Shown here in pieces: positions 8,664 to 21,732 of a stretch of DNA of 64,000 nt; positions within the stretch are counted from its first letter, which is position 1, and each line of letters begins with the position of its first letter. The position numbers and the translations under genes were made by a program. Source of the stretch: Escherichia phage Esco_phi_B-01; sequence record OP292222.1. One strand, given 5' to 3'. The notes beneath the pieces were generated by a model. It was not told the DNA's origin. It searched no databases and saw nothing but the letters and a program-made list of their open reading frames with translations.

Positions 8664-10223
8664 TTAGATACCTTTAACATAAACGCGACGGAAGTAACCA
8701 TTCAGACCGAGGCTGTTAACGATGTCAGGCATACCGCTCTGAATACGTTTGGTAGGAGCCTGTGCAGACGGGTCAGCGAACGGGTTAATACCGATACCGT
8801 AACGAGTTTTGAAGCCCATTACCGGCTGGAAGTTCTTCGGATCGGAACCGCGCAGTGGGGTAAGTGCAACGTAAGGAGCGTAGTAGATACCTGCGTCCAT
8901 TTCGTTGGAACCTTTATAACCGATGGTGAAGTAATCAGCACGGGCATACTGGTCGATGTAAACGCGATATTTACCACCAAGAACACCGGCAAATACTGCT
9001 TTAGTGGTGTCAACGTTGAAACCTTGACCCAGACCTTGAGCTGCATAACTTACAGAAGTATCAACTGCAGCCAGTACGTTAACTACGTTACGGGAAGCGA
9101 TGATGAAGTTACCAGCACCACGACCGGTCTGACGAGCGATTTCGGCTGCTTCTTTATCAATCTGGAACAGAAGGGCTTTAAAGCTCTCACCGGCCCAACG
9201 AGCACCACGGATATCAATCGGGTCCTGGAAGTCAAACACACCAGCTTTAGCGCCAACGGTGTTGGTCATACCAGATTTACCAACCTGTGCAGAGTAGTTA
9301 ATCCAATCGATAACTTCACGGTTGATTTCGAGCATAATTTCGGTAGCAAGGATACCGGACAGTTCAGCATCTGCATCCATACCGTGTACTGCACGAAGGT
9401 CCTGTGCCAGTTCGATGGAATAGCTTGCTTTCAGCTGACGGGATTTAGCTTCGATAACTTGTTTATCGATACGGAAGCCCATTTCGTTCCACGGGTTATC
9501 CTGAGAACCGTTAAAGCCTTCCTGAAGTTCAGCGATAGAAGTAGCCATACCTTCAGCCAATTCAGCCAGCTGACCAGCTTCCAACAGAGCAGTTACGGCA
9601 ACATCCAGTTTAGCGGCATCAGTAGCAGCAGCATCAACGGTTACGGCTTCAACAGCCTGGAAGTGTGCAGCACCGGTAGCTTCGAAGAAGTGAGAATAAA
9701 TTTTACCAACTTCCAGAACTTTACCTGCAGCCAGTGCTTCAAAAGTCTGAGCAGCGCCCTGACCAGAGAACATAGCGTTCGGAGCATACATCGGGTGGAA
9801 AGCTTCTTTAGCGCCAGCAGCGATAGGGTCTTTACCGTATACTGCACGCAGTGCAAATACCTGGCCGGTAGGGTTATTCAGAGGCTGAACACCACAAATA
9901 TCAAAAGCAATCAGATGAGGAATAGCACGACGAACCATACCCATTACTGCCGGCCCAATCTGAGTTACAGCACCAGAGGTCTGGCCAGCTGCGATATTGG
10001 TAGCATCATAACCGTGGTCACCACCGATTTCAGCTTCGGTCAGGAAAGAACCAAATGCTTCAGAGATTTTTTCGTCACGATATTCAGGAGCGGTCAGAAT
10101 ATCTTGTTCCTGGTTTTCGAAAATTTTAGCGATGATAGCTTGTTTAGAAGCACCAACGATTTCAGGAAGAGCTTCGTTTTCCAGCAGAGCGGACCATTTT
10201 TGAACTAATGCATTCTTTTTCAT
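8664..10223 (-). CDS. 23: Major capsid protein gp23
   Basis: 519 aa; long stretches identical to recalled T4 gp23 (AEIGGDHGY..., QIGPAVMGMVRRAIP, DNPWNEMGFRIDKQVIEAKSRQLKA). Confidence 0.97.
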   Translation of the reverse strand: MKKNALVQKWSALLENEALPEIVGASKQAIIAKIFENQEQDILTAPEYRDEKISEAFGSFLTEAEIGGDHGYDATNIAAGQTSGAVTQIGPAVMGMVRRAIPHLIAFDICGVQPLNNPTGQVFALRAVYGKDPIAAGAKEAFHPMYAPNAMFSGQGAAQTFEALAAGKVLEVGKIYSHFFEATGAAHFQAVEAVTVDAAATDAAKLDVAVTALLEAGQLAELAEGMATSIAELQEGFNGSQDNPWNEMGFRIDKQVIEAKSRQLKASYSIELAQDLRAVHGMDADAELSGILATEIMLEINREVIDWINYSAQVGKSGMTNTVGAKAGVFDFQDPIDIRGARWAGESFKALLFQIDKEAAEIARQTGRGAGNFIIASRNVVNVLAAVDTSVSYAAQGLGQGFNVDTTKAVFAGVLGGKYRVYIDQYARADYFTIGYKGSNEMDAGIYYAPYVALTPLRGSDPKNFQPVMGFKTRYGIGINPFADPSAQAPTKRIQSGMPDIVNSLGLNGYFRRVYVKGI

Positions 10224-10244
10224 GTGTTGTATAACCTTATTAAA

Positions 10245-11060
10245 TTAAGAAATTCGAGATGCTGCGATTGCAGACAGGTCCGCGAAGGACAGGGTAGGCT
10301 TAGCGCCTTTTTCTTCAACTGCTTCCGAAATATAATTCAGTGCTGCAGCATCGTCTTCAGTTTTATTTATAGCGGCTTCGGTGATTGGTTTTTCAACGTC
10401 AGTCTGGCCTTTAACCATTTCAACGATAGCGCCAATTTTTTTACCAAATGCATCGGAATAATCCATGCCTTCTACCAGAGAACTAACTTTTTCTTTCTGA
10501 GATTCAGTCAGGTCTTTAGTTGCTTCAGTCAACGCAACTTCACGCTGTACGTAATTAATATATGCGTCACGCTTACCAACTTCTTCGAACAGACGAGCGG
10601 TTTCATCTTTCTGCTCTTGGAGTTCTTCTTCCATTTCAGCAACAACATCCACTGCTTCTTCTGGAACAACCACATTGTGTTCAACAAACAGTTCTTTCAT
10701 ACCCATCAACATGGATTCGAACAGTTCGGCTTTAATACCTTTATCAACAGCCAGCTGGTTTTCAGCCATCCATTCTTTAGCGACGTGGTCAAGGAAACGA
10801 CCGGCAGCTTCTTGGATTTTCTTATCAGCTTTTTCTTCAGCTTCTTCTTTATTTTTCTCAACTTCTTCTTCCGCTTTTTCAGCGATTTTAGCGATGTGAG
10901 ATTCAGCCAGTTTAACGGCGTGTTGCTTGACGGTAGCTTCGAATACAGTGCCGAAAGTTTCTTTTGCTTCCGGAGAAATATTAACTGATTCGAAAATACT
11001 GTCAAGAGCAACGGAAGCATCAATATTCTGTGCTTCGGCAATCAGTTGTTCTTTAAGCAT
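10245..11060 (-). CDS. 22: Prohead core scaffold protein gp22
   Basis: 271 aa, acidic coiled-coil, between gp21 and gp23. Confidence 0.85.
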   Translation of the reverse strand: MLKEQLIAEAQNIDASVALDSIFESVNISPEAKETFGTVFEATVKQHAVKLAESHIAKIAEKAEEEVEKNKEEAEEKADKKIQEAAGRFLDHVAKEWMAENQLAVDKGIKAELFESMLMGMKELFVEHNVVVPEEAVDVVAEMEEELQEQKDETARLFEEVGKRDAYINYVQREVALTEATKDLTESQKEKVSSLVEGMDYSDAFGKKIGAIVEMVKGQTDVEKPITEAAINKTEDDAAALNYISEAVEEKGAKPTLSFADLSAIAASRIS

Positions 11061-11090
11061 TTTGTAGTCCTGTTGTTTAGATAATAATAT

Positions 11091-11726
11091 TTATAACGCT
11101 TTTTTCATGGCCTCTGCGAGAGCCATAAAGGCGTCATCGGCACTGGTATCGGTATCTACCGTTTGTGATTCTGTAATTTGTTTAGGAGTTACATAAGCAT
11201 CAGGAGCAGATGGACCCCATACTGCATCAACACCGACGGTTAATTTATAACCTTCGTTTACACGCTTATATCCTTTATTGGTTTCGGTTAAAGAACCTAG
11301 ACCACGAGAACTAACACCAGGCACCCAACCAGCTCTAATATTAGCAGCTAGTTTATCACCAGGACCATGGTCGCCTTCAATAATACGAGCACGTCCATAA
11401 ACGTCATTACCTTTCCACCACATATCTTCAATAATAATAGCGGCTTGCATAGGGTCGACGTTAGCACGAGGCGGATGATTTAATTCTCCTAAAGCTTGTT
11501 TAGTAGCAACCTGTTCTGCCATATAATCGGCAACAGCTTTTTCCAAAATAGGTTTTGGATAAAGGCGTTTATTACGGTTAACCACTTCGGCTTGCATGAA
11601 TATGCCTTCTATATAAAGGCCCGGGGCAAGTCCAGAATCTTTTCCATCATGAGATTCCAACATCGGAACCCCATCGATAATTTCACCTGGTTGTCCCCAA
11701 TGTTCGATGAGCAATTCAGGTTTCAT
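11091..11726 (-). CDS. 21: Prohead core protease gp21
   Basis: 211 aa; matches recalled T4 gp21 (GEIIDGVPMLESHDGKD, NHPPRANVDPMQAAIIIEDMWWKGNDVYGRAR). Confidence 0.95.
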   Translation of the reverse strand: MKPELLIEHWGQPGEIIDGVPMLESHDGKDSGLAPGLYIEGIFMQAEVVNRNKRLYPKPILEKAVADYMAEQVATKQALGELNHPPRANVDPMQAAIIIEDMWWKGNDVYGRARIIEGDHGPGDKLAANIRAGWVPGVSSRGLGSLTETNKGYKRVNEGYKLTVGVDAVWGPSAPDAYVTPKQITESQTVDTDTSADDAFMALAEAMKKAL

Positions 11727-12154
11727 TAGTTAAGTCCAAAGGCTTTACGTTTAGAACGAGCTTTCTTACGCTTACGTTCAGCACGTACTTGAGTAGACGG
11801 GTTAGCACGTTTGGTTTTAGACGCTTTGCGAGCGATCTGACGGCGTTTTGCTTTAGACAACCCAGTCGTTTGATAAGCGTTGCGTTGACGGGTTTTAATA
11901 TCTTTAGTACGAGTAAGCTCACCTTTAGAAGAGACGTGCTTAACGATAAATTCGTTAAGAGCCATATTTTCATTCAAAGAGGCAATGGCAATAGCTGTAT
12001 CGATATCACCATCAGCAATCATGTTCTCTACAAGATTATTTATATCGCTTTTCTCGAGGGCTTCAGAAAGAGTAGCAAAACGTCCCTGTGCTTCTGGAAT
12101 TTTGGCCTCTACGCTTTCTAGAGTTAATTCGTAATCATCAGGGATAAGGAACAT
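11726..12154 (-). CDS. 68: Prohead core protein gp68
   Basis: 142 aa; position between gp67 and gp21; basic C-terminus. Confidence 0.7.
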   Translation of the reverse strand: MFLIPDDYELTLESVEAKIPEAQGRFATLSEALEKSDINNLVENMIADGDIDTAIAIASLNENMALNEFIVKHVSSKGELTRTKDIKTRQRNAYQTTGLSKAKRRQIARKASKTKRANPSTQVRAERKRKKARSKRKAFGLN

Positions 12155-12429
12155 TATTCGTCGTCCTCGTCGTCTTCATCGTCGTCATCACCTTCATCCG
12201 CATCGTCAGATTCTTTTTTGTCTTTCTTATCTGCTTTATCGGATTTTTCGTCTTTATCTTCGTCTTCGTCATCTTTATCAGCTTCTTCGCCTTCAATCAT
12301 AACGGAGCGAGCAATTTCTGCTTTACGGGCTTCAATCAAAGCGGCTACTCGAGATTCGATAAGCGGGCCTGCTGCTTTACGAACTGCTACGAGGTCGTTT
12401 GATTTAATAGCTTCGATTAAATCTTCCAT
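12154..12429 (-). CDS. 67: Prohead core protein gp67
   Basis: 91 aa, poly-Asp/Glu tail; directly downstream of gene 20. Confidence 0.65.
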   Translation of the reverse strand: MEDLIEAIKSNDLVAVRKAAGPLIESRVAALIEARKAEIARSVMIEGEEADKDDEDEDKDEKSDKADKKDKKESDDADEGDDDDEDDEDDE

Positions 12430-14003
12430 TAGAAATCCTCTTCTTCTTCATCTGGGTTTTGGAAACGAGCCTCTTTAGACTCTTCTTCAATTTGCTTAGC
12501 TTCTTGATTAATTTCTTCGTCAGTCATCTGAAGGAAATCTTTCATAGCCGTTTGATGTGAAATATACTTACCAATAAATGGTTCAGCCATCGTTAGCATA
12601 TTGATTCTGCGTTCCATGATTTCCGCATCTTTCATTTCACTGAAATAGCTATCACGGTTGAACGTAACTTTAATATTATTTATTTCTCTTTCCCACTCAT
12701 CTTCTGTAATAATCTTTTTAAGAATGAGGTTTGTTTTTAATGGGTCTAAGAAAATTTCTTCAAATTTATTTTGGAGCTGGCGAATCCATTTAGCAAATTT
12801 CAACTCATCGCGAGTGATTGCTGTACCGGCATCAAACATAACGCCTGAATTAGATTCACTAGGGATACGTGACTCTGGAATACGCAGTGCACGATAAAGT
12901 GCTGTGCGGAAATAAAGAACATCATCCATATCACTCATACCAGTAGCACCTGGCATTGTATCAACTTCTGTTACCGCTTTACCGTCACGACGTTGCAACC
13001 AATAGTCTTCAGTCATGGACATATTGTGTTGTTGGTTTTTAATTTTACCGGTCGAAGCATCATACACCACACGGTTTTTCATCGTGTTCATGATATGTTG
13101 CATTTGTGCTGCAGCCTTACGTGAAGGCATATTACCTGTATCGATATAAAACACACGACGGTCAGGAGCACGTGTAATACGGTAGATGACCATTGCATCT
13201 TCCATCAATTTAAGCTGGTTTGCAGGCTTAATAGCACGTTGCAAATAGCCAATGATGTTTTTACCACAACAATCTAATAATCCAGAATGTGCATAAACTA
13301 CGGCAGCACGAGGAATTTTAACTTTAGTCCCGGCTGAATAAATGCGTCCATCAGCACAATAACTTTCATGACCAGTATCGTAAACGAAAAACTCGCGGTA
13401 CCCATCTACAATTTTAACACCATCTTCCATACGTGTAACAATTTCACGAATATATTGGACTTGGCGCGGGTCTAAGCGTCGAAGCTCTTGTACGCCATCT
13501 TTCATTTTTTTAGGGTTTATAATTTTATGAAAGAATATTCTCGAGTCCACATACCAACGTTGGAAATGGTCAGTGCCTTTACGTTGGAAATTTAAAAGAT
13601 TCAAAACTTCACTAAATTCAGCCAAAATTTTATCTTTAATTGATTGACTGAAATCTGTCCCGTCTAAATTTAATGCAACTACTTCTTTATCATCCTCGTA
13701 GACAATAGCGTCAGACACAATTTCTTGAACTGCGTTATCGACTTCATAGTTGTTCATCAAATTACGGTAGGTATCAATGAGTTCCCTGGTGTTTTTAACT
13801 TCAGGCTCATTACTACCAAACATTTGTTGCATAAGAGCGTTATAAGGAATATTTTGCTCTTGGGTTTCAATTTCGCGAGCGCCATCATCAAGCTTAGGTG
13901 CAGTGACAGACTCTAAATTGTTATTAATTTGTTGTTTATATTCTTTTTCGTCTTCATTAGCCCATGGCTTAAGAAAACTTAATATTGTATTAAAGTTTGC
14001 CAT
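12429..14003 (-). CDS. 20: Portal vertex protein gp20
   Basis: 524 aa, same length as T4 gp20, conserved position. Confidence 0.93.
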   Translation of the reverse strand: MANFNTILSFLKPWANEDEKEYKQQINNNLESVTAPKLDDGAREIETQEQNIPYNALMQQMFGSNEPEVKNTRELIDTYRNLMNNYEVDNAVQEIVSDAIVYEDDKEVVALNLDGTDFSQSIKDKILAEFSEVLNLLNFQRKGTDHFQRWYVDSRIFFHKIINPKKMKDGVQELRRLDPRQVQYIREIVTRMEDGVKIVDGYREFFVYDTGHESYCADGRIYSAGTKVKIPRAAVVYAHSGLLDCCGKNIIGYLQRAIKPANQLKLMEDAMVIYRITRAPDRRVFYIDTGNMPSRKAAAQMQHIMNTMKNRVVYDASTGKIKNQQHNMSMTEDYWLQRRDGKAVTEVDTMPGATGMSDMDDVLYFRTALYRALRIPESRIPSESNSGVMFDAGTAITRDELKFAKWIRQLQNKFEEIFLDPLKTNLILKKIITEDEWEREINNIKVTFNRDSYFSEMKDAEIMERRINMLTMAEPFIGKYISHQTAMKDFLQMTDEEINQEAKQIEEESKEARFQNPDEEEEDF

Positions 14004-14051
14004 TAGAGTCTCCGATGAATGGGATAAGGAGCCGAAGCTCCTTTATAATTC

Positions 14052-14059
14052 TATTTATA
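14052..14059 (-). promoter_or_regulatory. Late promoter TATAAATA (minus) for gene 20
   Basis: Reverse complement of tatttata about 50 nt upstream of gp20 start. Confidence 0.45.
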
Positions 14060-14060
14060 C

Positions 14061-14564
14061 TCATTCCCACCAATCGATAGCGAACGTAGATTCGAAAGTT
14101 TCTACCTCGTTGTTTGAATCCCAATCCATCTGGACTTCACCAACGTTAGTAGGCCATAAGCCATAAATTGTAACTTCTTTAGTCACAGTCTTACCGTCAC
14201 GATGGAACTGACGAACAACTGCTTGTTTCTTATATTCTGCAGGTGCTGCACCCGTAATTTCATTGGTCATACCATGGCAGAGGTTTTGCCAATCAACAAT
14301 TGCCTGACGGGTGTCATGGGCATCATCGTTATAAATGGTAATGGTCCAATCATCAAACGTACGGTCGCCAGCTACGTTAATTTTACGGTTCATGTAGCCA
14401 ACCGGTACTTTTTCTACAATGCCTGCCGGCATAGGTGCTGCTTTACATTTAAAGCTAAAGTTTTTACCAAGAAATGGAATTTCCACTTCGAAAAGGTTAG
14501 GGCGTGCAAAGTCACCTGACTCAAACGCACGAGTGATATCTGTCAACTCCATGGGATGCCTCAT
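14061..14564 (-). CDS. 19: Tail tube protein gp19
   Basis: 167 aa; TRAFESGDFARPNLF..., GLWPTNVGE...DWDSNNE match recalled T4 gp19. Confidence 0.95.
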   Translation of the reverse strand: MRHPMELTDITRAFESGDFARPNLFEVEIPFLGKNFSFKCKAAPMPAGIVEKVPVGYMNRKINVAGDRTFDDWTITIYNDDAHDTRQAIVDWQNLCHGMTNEITGAAPAEYKKQAVVRQFHRDGKTVTKEVTIYGLWPTNVGEVQMDWDSNNEVETFESTFAIDWWE

Positions 14565-14604
14565 AAGTCAGTTCCTGGCCACACCAGGAACGTTCTGATT
14601 AATT

Positions 14605-14612
14605 TATTTATA
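14605..14612 (-). promoter_or_regulatory. Late promoter TATAAATA (minus) for gene 19
   Basis: Reverse complement of tatttata in the gp18-gp19 intergenic region; hairpin gttcctgg/ccaggaac lies between it and the start. Confidence 0.45.
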
Positions 14613-14737
14613 ACAGTTGATAAATCATATTCCTGATAGTAAATCACTCCCAGGCGCAATTCTACGTGATGTACGCTGTAACCAAACACATGGTATAATG
14701 GTTTTAGGTTCTTTATATTACAGCCTGGGATAATAGA

Positions 14738-16720
14738 TTATACTAAAGGTCCAATCAATTCATCAAAATCAGCACCAGTGCTCGTTGCAACGAAGTTCAA
14801 CGTGATGTAGTTAATAGAACGAGCAGGTTTAACATAGATATTAGCAATAAACTCATTACGGTCGATAACCGCAGGGGTGTTCACTGTAGTATCACAAACC
14901 ACACGTCCTTCATAAATCCCACCAAGTGCCTTAATACCATCTAAGTACTGAGAAACTTCCATACGGAAGCTTGAACGAGTGAAGTTATCGTTCAATTCAA
15001 ACAGTTTATATTTAGAGGCATCACCGATATTTTTCTTAAGCATGTTGAACAGACGGCGAACGTTAATATGGTCCATCGGAGATGGAACTTTAGTTGCAGT
15101 CTTATCACCAAACAATACGAAACCATCACCACCAGCAAAACCAACAACTGGGTTAATAGCTTCCTGGTACATGCGGTCACGTTGTGCTTGACGTGGTTCA
15201 ATTGCCAATTTCAGAACGTTAAGAATCTGACCACGGTTATAACCGGCAGGAGACATCCAAGGCTGAGACACATCATCAGTACGTGCACACAAACCAGCCA
15301 AATCGGCAGCCAGTGGTACCCAACGGTTTACGTCGTTATATTTGTCGTATTGATATTTATAGTTACCATCAATAGCGGCATAAGTGGTACTGATGTTCAT
15401 GTTGTTGGCATCGAAATTACCGGCACCGGTACGCCAGTCGATAAGGTTATCTACTGCACGAGTTAGTGGAACGTTAACCAACAGACCTTTAGGAGGAGAA
15501 ATAAATGCTAAGCAATCCTGACGTTCATCAGCAATACTCACAACGTGTTTCTGAACAGTAGAAGCCACTTCATCGCCTTCACCAGCAACAGCACCAGCAA
15601 TAAGCAGGTTAATATGGAGTGCTTCACGGTCGGCAAACAAATCCCAACCCTGCATCAAATCACCTGCAGTAACTTTATCGTTAGCGGAAATACCACCAGA
15701 CAGATTAATGATACCGCTAAATCCTTTCGGCCAGTTCAGAGAAGTCGCATAGATGTAATTAGAAGTACCTTTAGCGAAATAGTCGTCAAGATAAATGTTA
15801 TTACCGTAAACGTCTTTTTCACCTTCTTTGGTAGAAAGTACGACGGATTCTACGATAGCGCCATCGCGACGAACGATAATGGCATATTGGTCATCTGTTT
15901 GTGGGCCGTAATTAAATACTGCCTTGGCAATAGAAGCACGGGTACCGCCACCAGGATAAACATCCAACATTTTAGAAGAACCAGCTTCATAAGCTGCTTT
16001 AGAAACGATTTCTACTTCCAGAGTAGAACCAATTTCACCAGGATAAAGAGCCACTACGCCTGGCATAGCAAATTTCTTAAGGGCCGCTTGGAATTCAAGA
16101 GAAGTAATAGCTTCTTCACTATTCTCGGCTTCGGTCAAAAGAATACCGGAATCGGTAACAATTCGGCCAACGGTAATAGTACCGGAAACACCCGAAGAGG
16201 CGGAAGTAACTTCAGCAGTCCAAGCCGGGCCTAGGGTAGGATACTGGTTTAAAGAACGTGCGTAAGCAATAATTTTTGCTGACGGAATAAACACAGAAAG
16301 AATTTTACCGTCTGTATCTACAGAAGTCACACGACCTTCAGATTCGACTACAGTTTGGTTATATTTAATATTAATTTTATCGCCTACAGCATAGTTGGAA
16401 CCAGCCGTAGTAATAGTGGTTTCGATATTACCAGCGATAGGAGATGCGTTTTTAGCAAATTCGCGACTAACGACACGAACTGTACGAAGGTCATTACCAT
16501 ACTGGAGGAAGTTCATACCAGACATAAAGTAATCTGCTACTTCGTTATTAGGACCTCCAAACAAATCAACCAGTTCAACTTCATTGGTAATCTGAGTTAC
16601 CTGGAAAGCAGGGCCCCACTGGAATTTACCAACCAGCGCTGCACGACCCGTTGCGTTACGAACGACAGTACTCTGTACGGACGTTTCTTTGAGCTCAATG
16701 CCCGGTGATAATAAAGCCAT
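14738..16720 (-). CDS. 18: Tail sheath protein gp18
   Basis: 660 aa (T4 659); conserved position. Confidence 0.93.
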   Translation of the reverse strand: MALLSPGIELKETSVQSTVVRNATGRAALVGKFQWGPAFQVTQITNEVELVDLFGGPNNEVADYFMSGMNFLQYGNDLRTVRVVSREFAKNASPIAGNIETTITTAGSNYAVGDKINIKYNQTVVESEGRVTSVDTDGKILSVFIPSAKIIAYARSLNQYPTLGPAWTAEVTSASSGVSGTITVGRIVTDSGILLTEAENSEEAITSLEFQAALKKFAMPGVVALYPGEIGSTLEVEIVSKAAYEAGSSKMLDVYPGGGTRASIAKAVFNYGPQTDDQYAIIVRRDGAIVESVVLSTKEGEKDVYGNNIYLDDYFAKGTSNYIYATSLNWPKGFSGIINLSGGISANDKVTAGDLMQGWDLFADREALHINLLIAGAVAGEGDEVASTVQKHVVSIADERQDCLAFISPPKGLLVNVPLTRAVDNLIDWRTGAGNFDANNMNISTTYAAIDGNYKYQYDKYNDVNRWVPLAADLAGLCARTDDVSQPWMSPAGYNRGQILNVLKLAIEPRQAQRDRMYQEAINPVVGFAGGDGFVLFGDKTATKVPSPMDHINVRRLFNMLKKNIGDASKYKLFELNDNFTRSSFRMEVSQYLDGIKALGGIYEGRVVCDTTVNTPAVIDRNEFIANIYVKPARSINYITLNFVATSTGADFDELIGPLV

Positions 16721-16749
16721 TTTGAATCCTCTTGGTTATGCTTTATTGT

Positions 16750-19059
<2,310 letters not shown>

Positions 19060-19063
<4 letters not shown>

Positions 19064-19929
19064 GGGTTTCTCCTTGGTGCTGGAGGTTCTGGTTCAACAG
19101 GCACCGGAATATCTTGTGAATATGTTTGAATGGATTTACCGTCCCATTCTTTTTCTTCTACACCTCTAGGAACTACTTCGCTATCAACCGATTCAAAATT
19201 ACCCTCAGGAGCGAGTTCTTTAGAGTTGGCAAAGAAATCAAGATAAATGGTTTTGATTTCGCCTTCCATTTCTTTAACAGGAGGATATAGCCATCCGTTA
19301 ACCTCAAACATCATAGACCATTCCAAGCGACGACGTGAAGTGGTATCGCCTTCTAATTGTTCATCCATTGCTATAGATTGGAACACAATACGAATATCAC
19401 GGTCAAATTTAATTTCGTTTGTATAGAGTTCGGTAATTGTTGTATTAAAGTGAGGTTGGAAATACGGCATAATTTGTTCCACAATCTGGAACATATCATC
19501 TTGAGTTCTAGTGTAAATACCCAGTTCAAAAATCATTTTTACTGGAGTAGGAGAATATTGGCTGACTCGTTTACGAGGGTCTCCATTCTCAAATTGAATT
19601 TGTGTTCTATTTTGAAGAGCTGTTTTGTATTGTGAGTTATAAAGCATGTCAACCATTTGGAGGTTCATACGTGGAAGAACAGTTTCAACCTTAGCTTTTT
19701 GTTCAGCCCTTTCTTTTGGCGTCATATTAGGATTTGGGATATTCTGTACTGCTGTCCACTTACCTAAATTAGCCATAAATCTTTCTTTAGAAGCATACGT
19801 AATAGGAACCTTAATAAATTTAAGCCCTGTATCTTCTCTTTGACGTGCTACTTGAACATGGGAAAATAAATCACCCATCAAAACAATATAGCGACGTAGC
19901 GAACTATTATACCAATGTCCAAACATCAA
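19060..19929 (-). CDS. 15: Tail completion / connector protein gp15
   Basis: 289 aa; position and size. Confidence 0.8.
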
Positions 19930-19965
19930 ACCTCCTAAAATGGCGCGGGATGCGCCATGTATTAT

Positions 19966-20739
19966 TTAATCATCTAAAAAAGCATCATCAAATGCTGTAG
20001 GAGGAGCATCTTCTCCTCTACCGTTAATCACTACATAAGGGTGTACGAATTCCGCTGCTTCAGCATTAATCTCATTAACCTCTTCATATTGGATATCAGA
20101 GATATCAGCCAACCCATCAATATTCTTAACAGGCATTAAATCAAGCTCACTGAATTCAGGAATATTAATGCCTTCATTTCTCTGTAATTCAGGACGAAGT
20201 TCTTCACCATTATAAATGAACTTGGTAGCAGTAATGCGACGCTGGACGTTTGTACCGACTTGATAGAACGGGTCGTAAGGTTGAACCCAGTTAATTTCAA
20301 ATAGGCTGTTGTCCATTGGGAAATAAATCAAATCACCCGAAACAGGTTCAGTACCGTTGCATTGATGTTTAAAAAGGTTAGGGTTAATTGTGATTGTTAC
20401 TTCATCATTAACCATCATACCGAACTTACTGAAATAAGTATTGTCACCGGAATAACCTTCAAAGGAATCCAAATAACCCGCAAACTTCCAGGCTTTAGTA
20501 AATTTGTTCTGAAGGTCTTCGCCAAATAGCTGGTCAGGATTAACGTATTCGCGTGGTATATAATAAAGCTCGATACCACGCATTTGAATAGACTCAGCAA
20601 CTAAAGCATCAGCCAATGTTTGAGTGTTCTCATGGCGATAAAAGTTGACGAAAGGGTTCATTATTTCAGTTTCGTTCGTGTTAGCATAGCCGGTGTTATT
20701 TTCCAGCTTAGCAAATAAACTCGAATCGAAAGTAGCCAT
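19966..20739 (-). CDS. 14: Neck protein gp14
   Basis: 257 aa; position and size. Confidence 0.8.
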   Translation of the reverse strand: MATFDSSLFAKLENNTGYANTNETEIMNPFVNFYRHENTQTLADALVAESIQMRGIELYYIPREYVNPDQLFGEDLQNKFTKAWKFAGYLDSFEGYSGDNTYFSKFGMMVNDEVTITINPNLFKHQCNGTEPVSGDLIYFPMDNSLFEINWVQPYDPFYQVGTNVQRRITATKFIYNGEELRPELQRNEGINIPEFSELDLMPVKNIDGLADISDIQYEEVNEINAEAAEFVHPYVVINGRGEDAPPTAFDDAFLDD

Positions 20740-20741
20740 AA

Positions 20742-21677
20742 TTATCCAATTAAAATAGGTGTTGGTGGGTCGAGCAAATCTAATTCTTCGCGAAGACGTT
20801 CTTTTTCTAAACGAGCTTCTTCAATCAATCGAATGCCGTCTACAGTGGTTCCGCCGGCTAATTGCATACCTTGGTGTTTGGCTAAAATATTACCATTGAC
20901 CTCTTTAACTAATGCCGTAGCGTAATCTTTGACCCAACGGTTATTATACGCGCCATCTTGTAGTCCAAGGTCCTCACCAGCTCTCATTCCAGAAATTCGA
21001 CGCGCAGGATTGTCCCAAATAGCCCCAGGACTCCATTCATTTTCGTCACAGCCACCAGAAGCATATCCATATCCTGCTGTATTCCCAACCATGGAATCAA
21101 CGCCATTAAATGAACGGGTATAAACTTCAATTACAATAAAGTCGCCTTTAACAAAGTTGCCCATTACCTTCAATTGTTCAGTGGCATCATTATACCAATA
21201 ATCAGGCAGCGGAACCAAAAGGTCCTGCATCATAGAACGATATTGCATTAATTGTGTAAAATAGCCAAGGTCGGCGCCGAAGGCATTAGGTCCAAAACTA
21301 TTACATGAAGACCCAAGACCACCATTAATACCTGCCAAACCTAGTACAAAATCTGTAAACCATGGATAAGTTGCTTGCCCGTCCATAGATGTTAAAGAGC
21401 CAACGTTAGTTCTCAAAATTTGTGTTACTGCAAATATATTACGTCCTTTAAGGTCGAATACGCCATTACGGAATTTTTCTTCATCGTCATGGCCAATATA
21501 AAAAGCCTGATAACCTTTGTTATACCCGTTATAATGGTATTCGCCGTAGAGCTCCAGGGCGCGCTGGATGCAATCGTATACTTGGTCAGTAGTTACTTCA
21601 ATATTTGTAATCGGTGCACCCAGGCGGCGCAGAATAGCGTCCTTGAGTTGCTTAGGGTTATATGATTCACTTGCCAT
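20742..21677 (-). CDS. 13: Neck protein gp13
   Basis: 311 aa; position and size. Confidence 0.8.
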   Translation of the reverse strand: MASESYNPKQLKDAILRRLGAPITNIEVTTDQVYDCIQRALELYGEYHYNGYNKGYQAFYIGHDDEEKFRNGVFDLKGRNIFAVTQILRTNVGSLTSMDGQATYPWFTDFVLGLAGINGGLGSSCNSFGPNAFGADLGYFTQLMQYRSMMQDLLVPLPDYWYNDATEQLKVMGNFVKGDFIVIEVYTRSFNGVDSMVGNTAGYGYASGGCDENEWSPGAIWDNPARRISGMRAGEDLGLQDGAYNNRWVKDYATALVKEVNGNILAKHQGMQLAGGTTVDGIRLIEEARLEKERLREELDLLDPPTPILIG

Positions 21678-21698
21678 GTTTTATTCCTCTAATAACCG

Positions 21699-21706
21699 TA
21701 TTTATA
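21699..21706 (-). promoter_or_regulatory. Late promoter TATAAATA (minus) for gene 13
   Basis: Reverse complement of tatttata between the wac terminator hairpin and gp13 start. Confidence 0.45.
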
Positions 21707-21710
21707 GCAA

Positions 21711-21728
21711 AAAAAGGGCCGAAGCCCT
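21711..21728 (-). terminator. Hairpin terminator downstream of wac
   Basis: agggc-cgaa-gccct flanked by A/T runs. Confidence 0.5.
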
Positions 21729-21732
21729 TTTA

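Noticed and set aside
9024-10208. 394-aa plus-strand ORF antisense to gene 23
   Set aside because: Lies entirely within the strongly conserved gp23 coding sequence on the other strand; Ser/Thr/Phe-rich low-complexity translation typical of an antisense frame; no RBS
10224-10988. 254-aa plus-strand ORF antisense to gene 22
   Set aside because: Phe/Ser-rich translation of the reverse strand of the acidic gp22 gene; no start context
12154-12429. Poly-Asp/Glu ORF that looks like low-complexity noise
   Set aside because: Not rejected as a gene: position and acidity fit prohead core protein gp67; noted only because a composition filter would discard it
14685-14697. Extended -10-like TGGTATAAT on the plus strand between genes 18 and 19
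   Set aside because: No plus-strand gene downstream; likely chance occurrence in an AT-rich intergenic region
15545-16234. 229-aa plus-strand ORF antisense to gene 18
   Set aside because: Embedded in the conserved tail sheath gene; no independent signals
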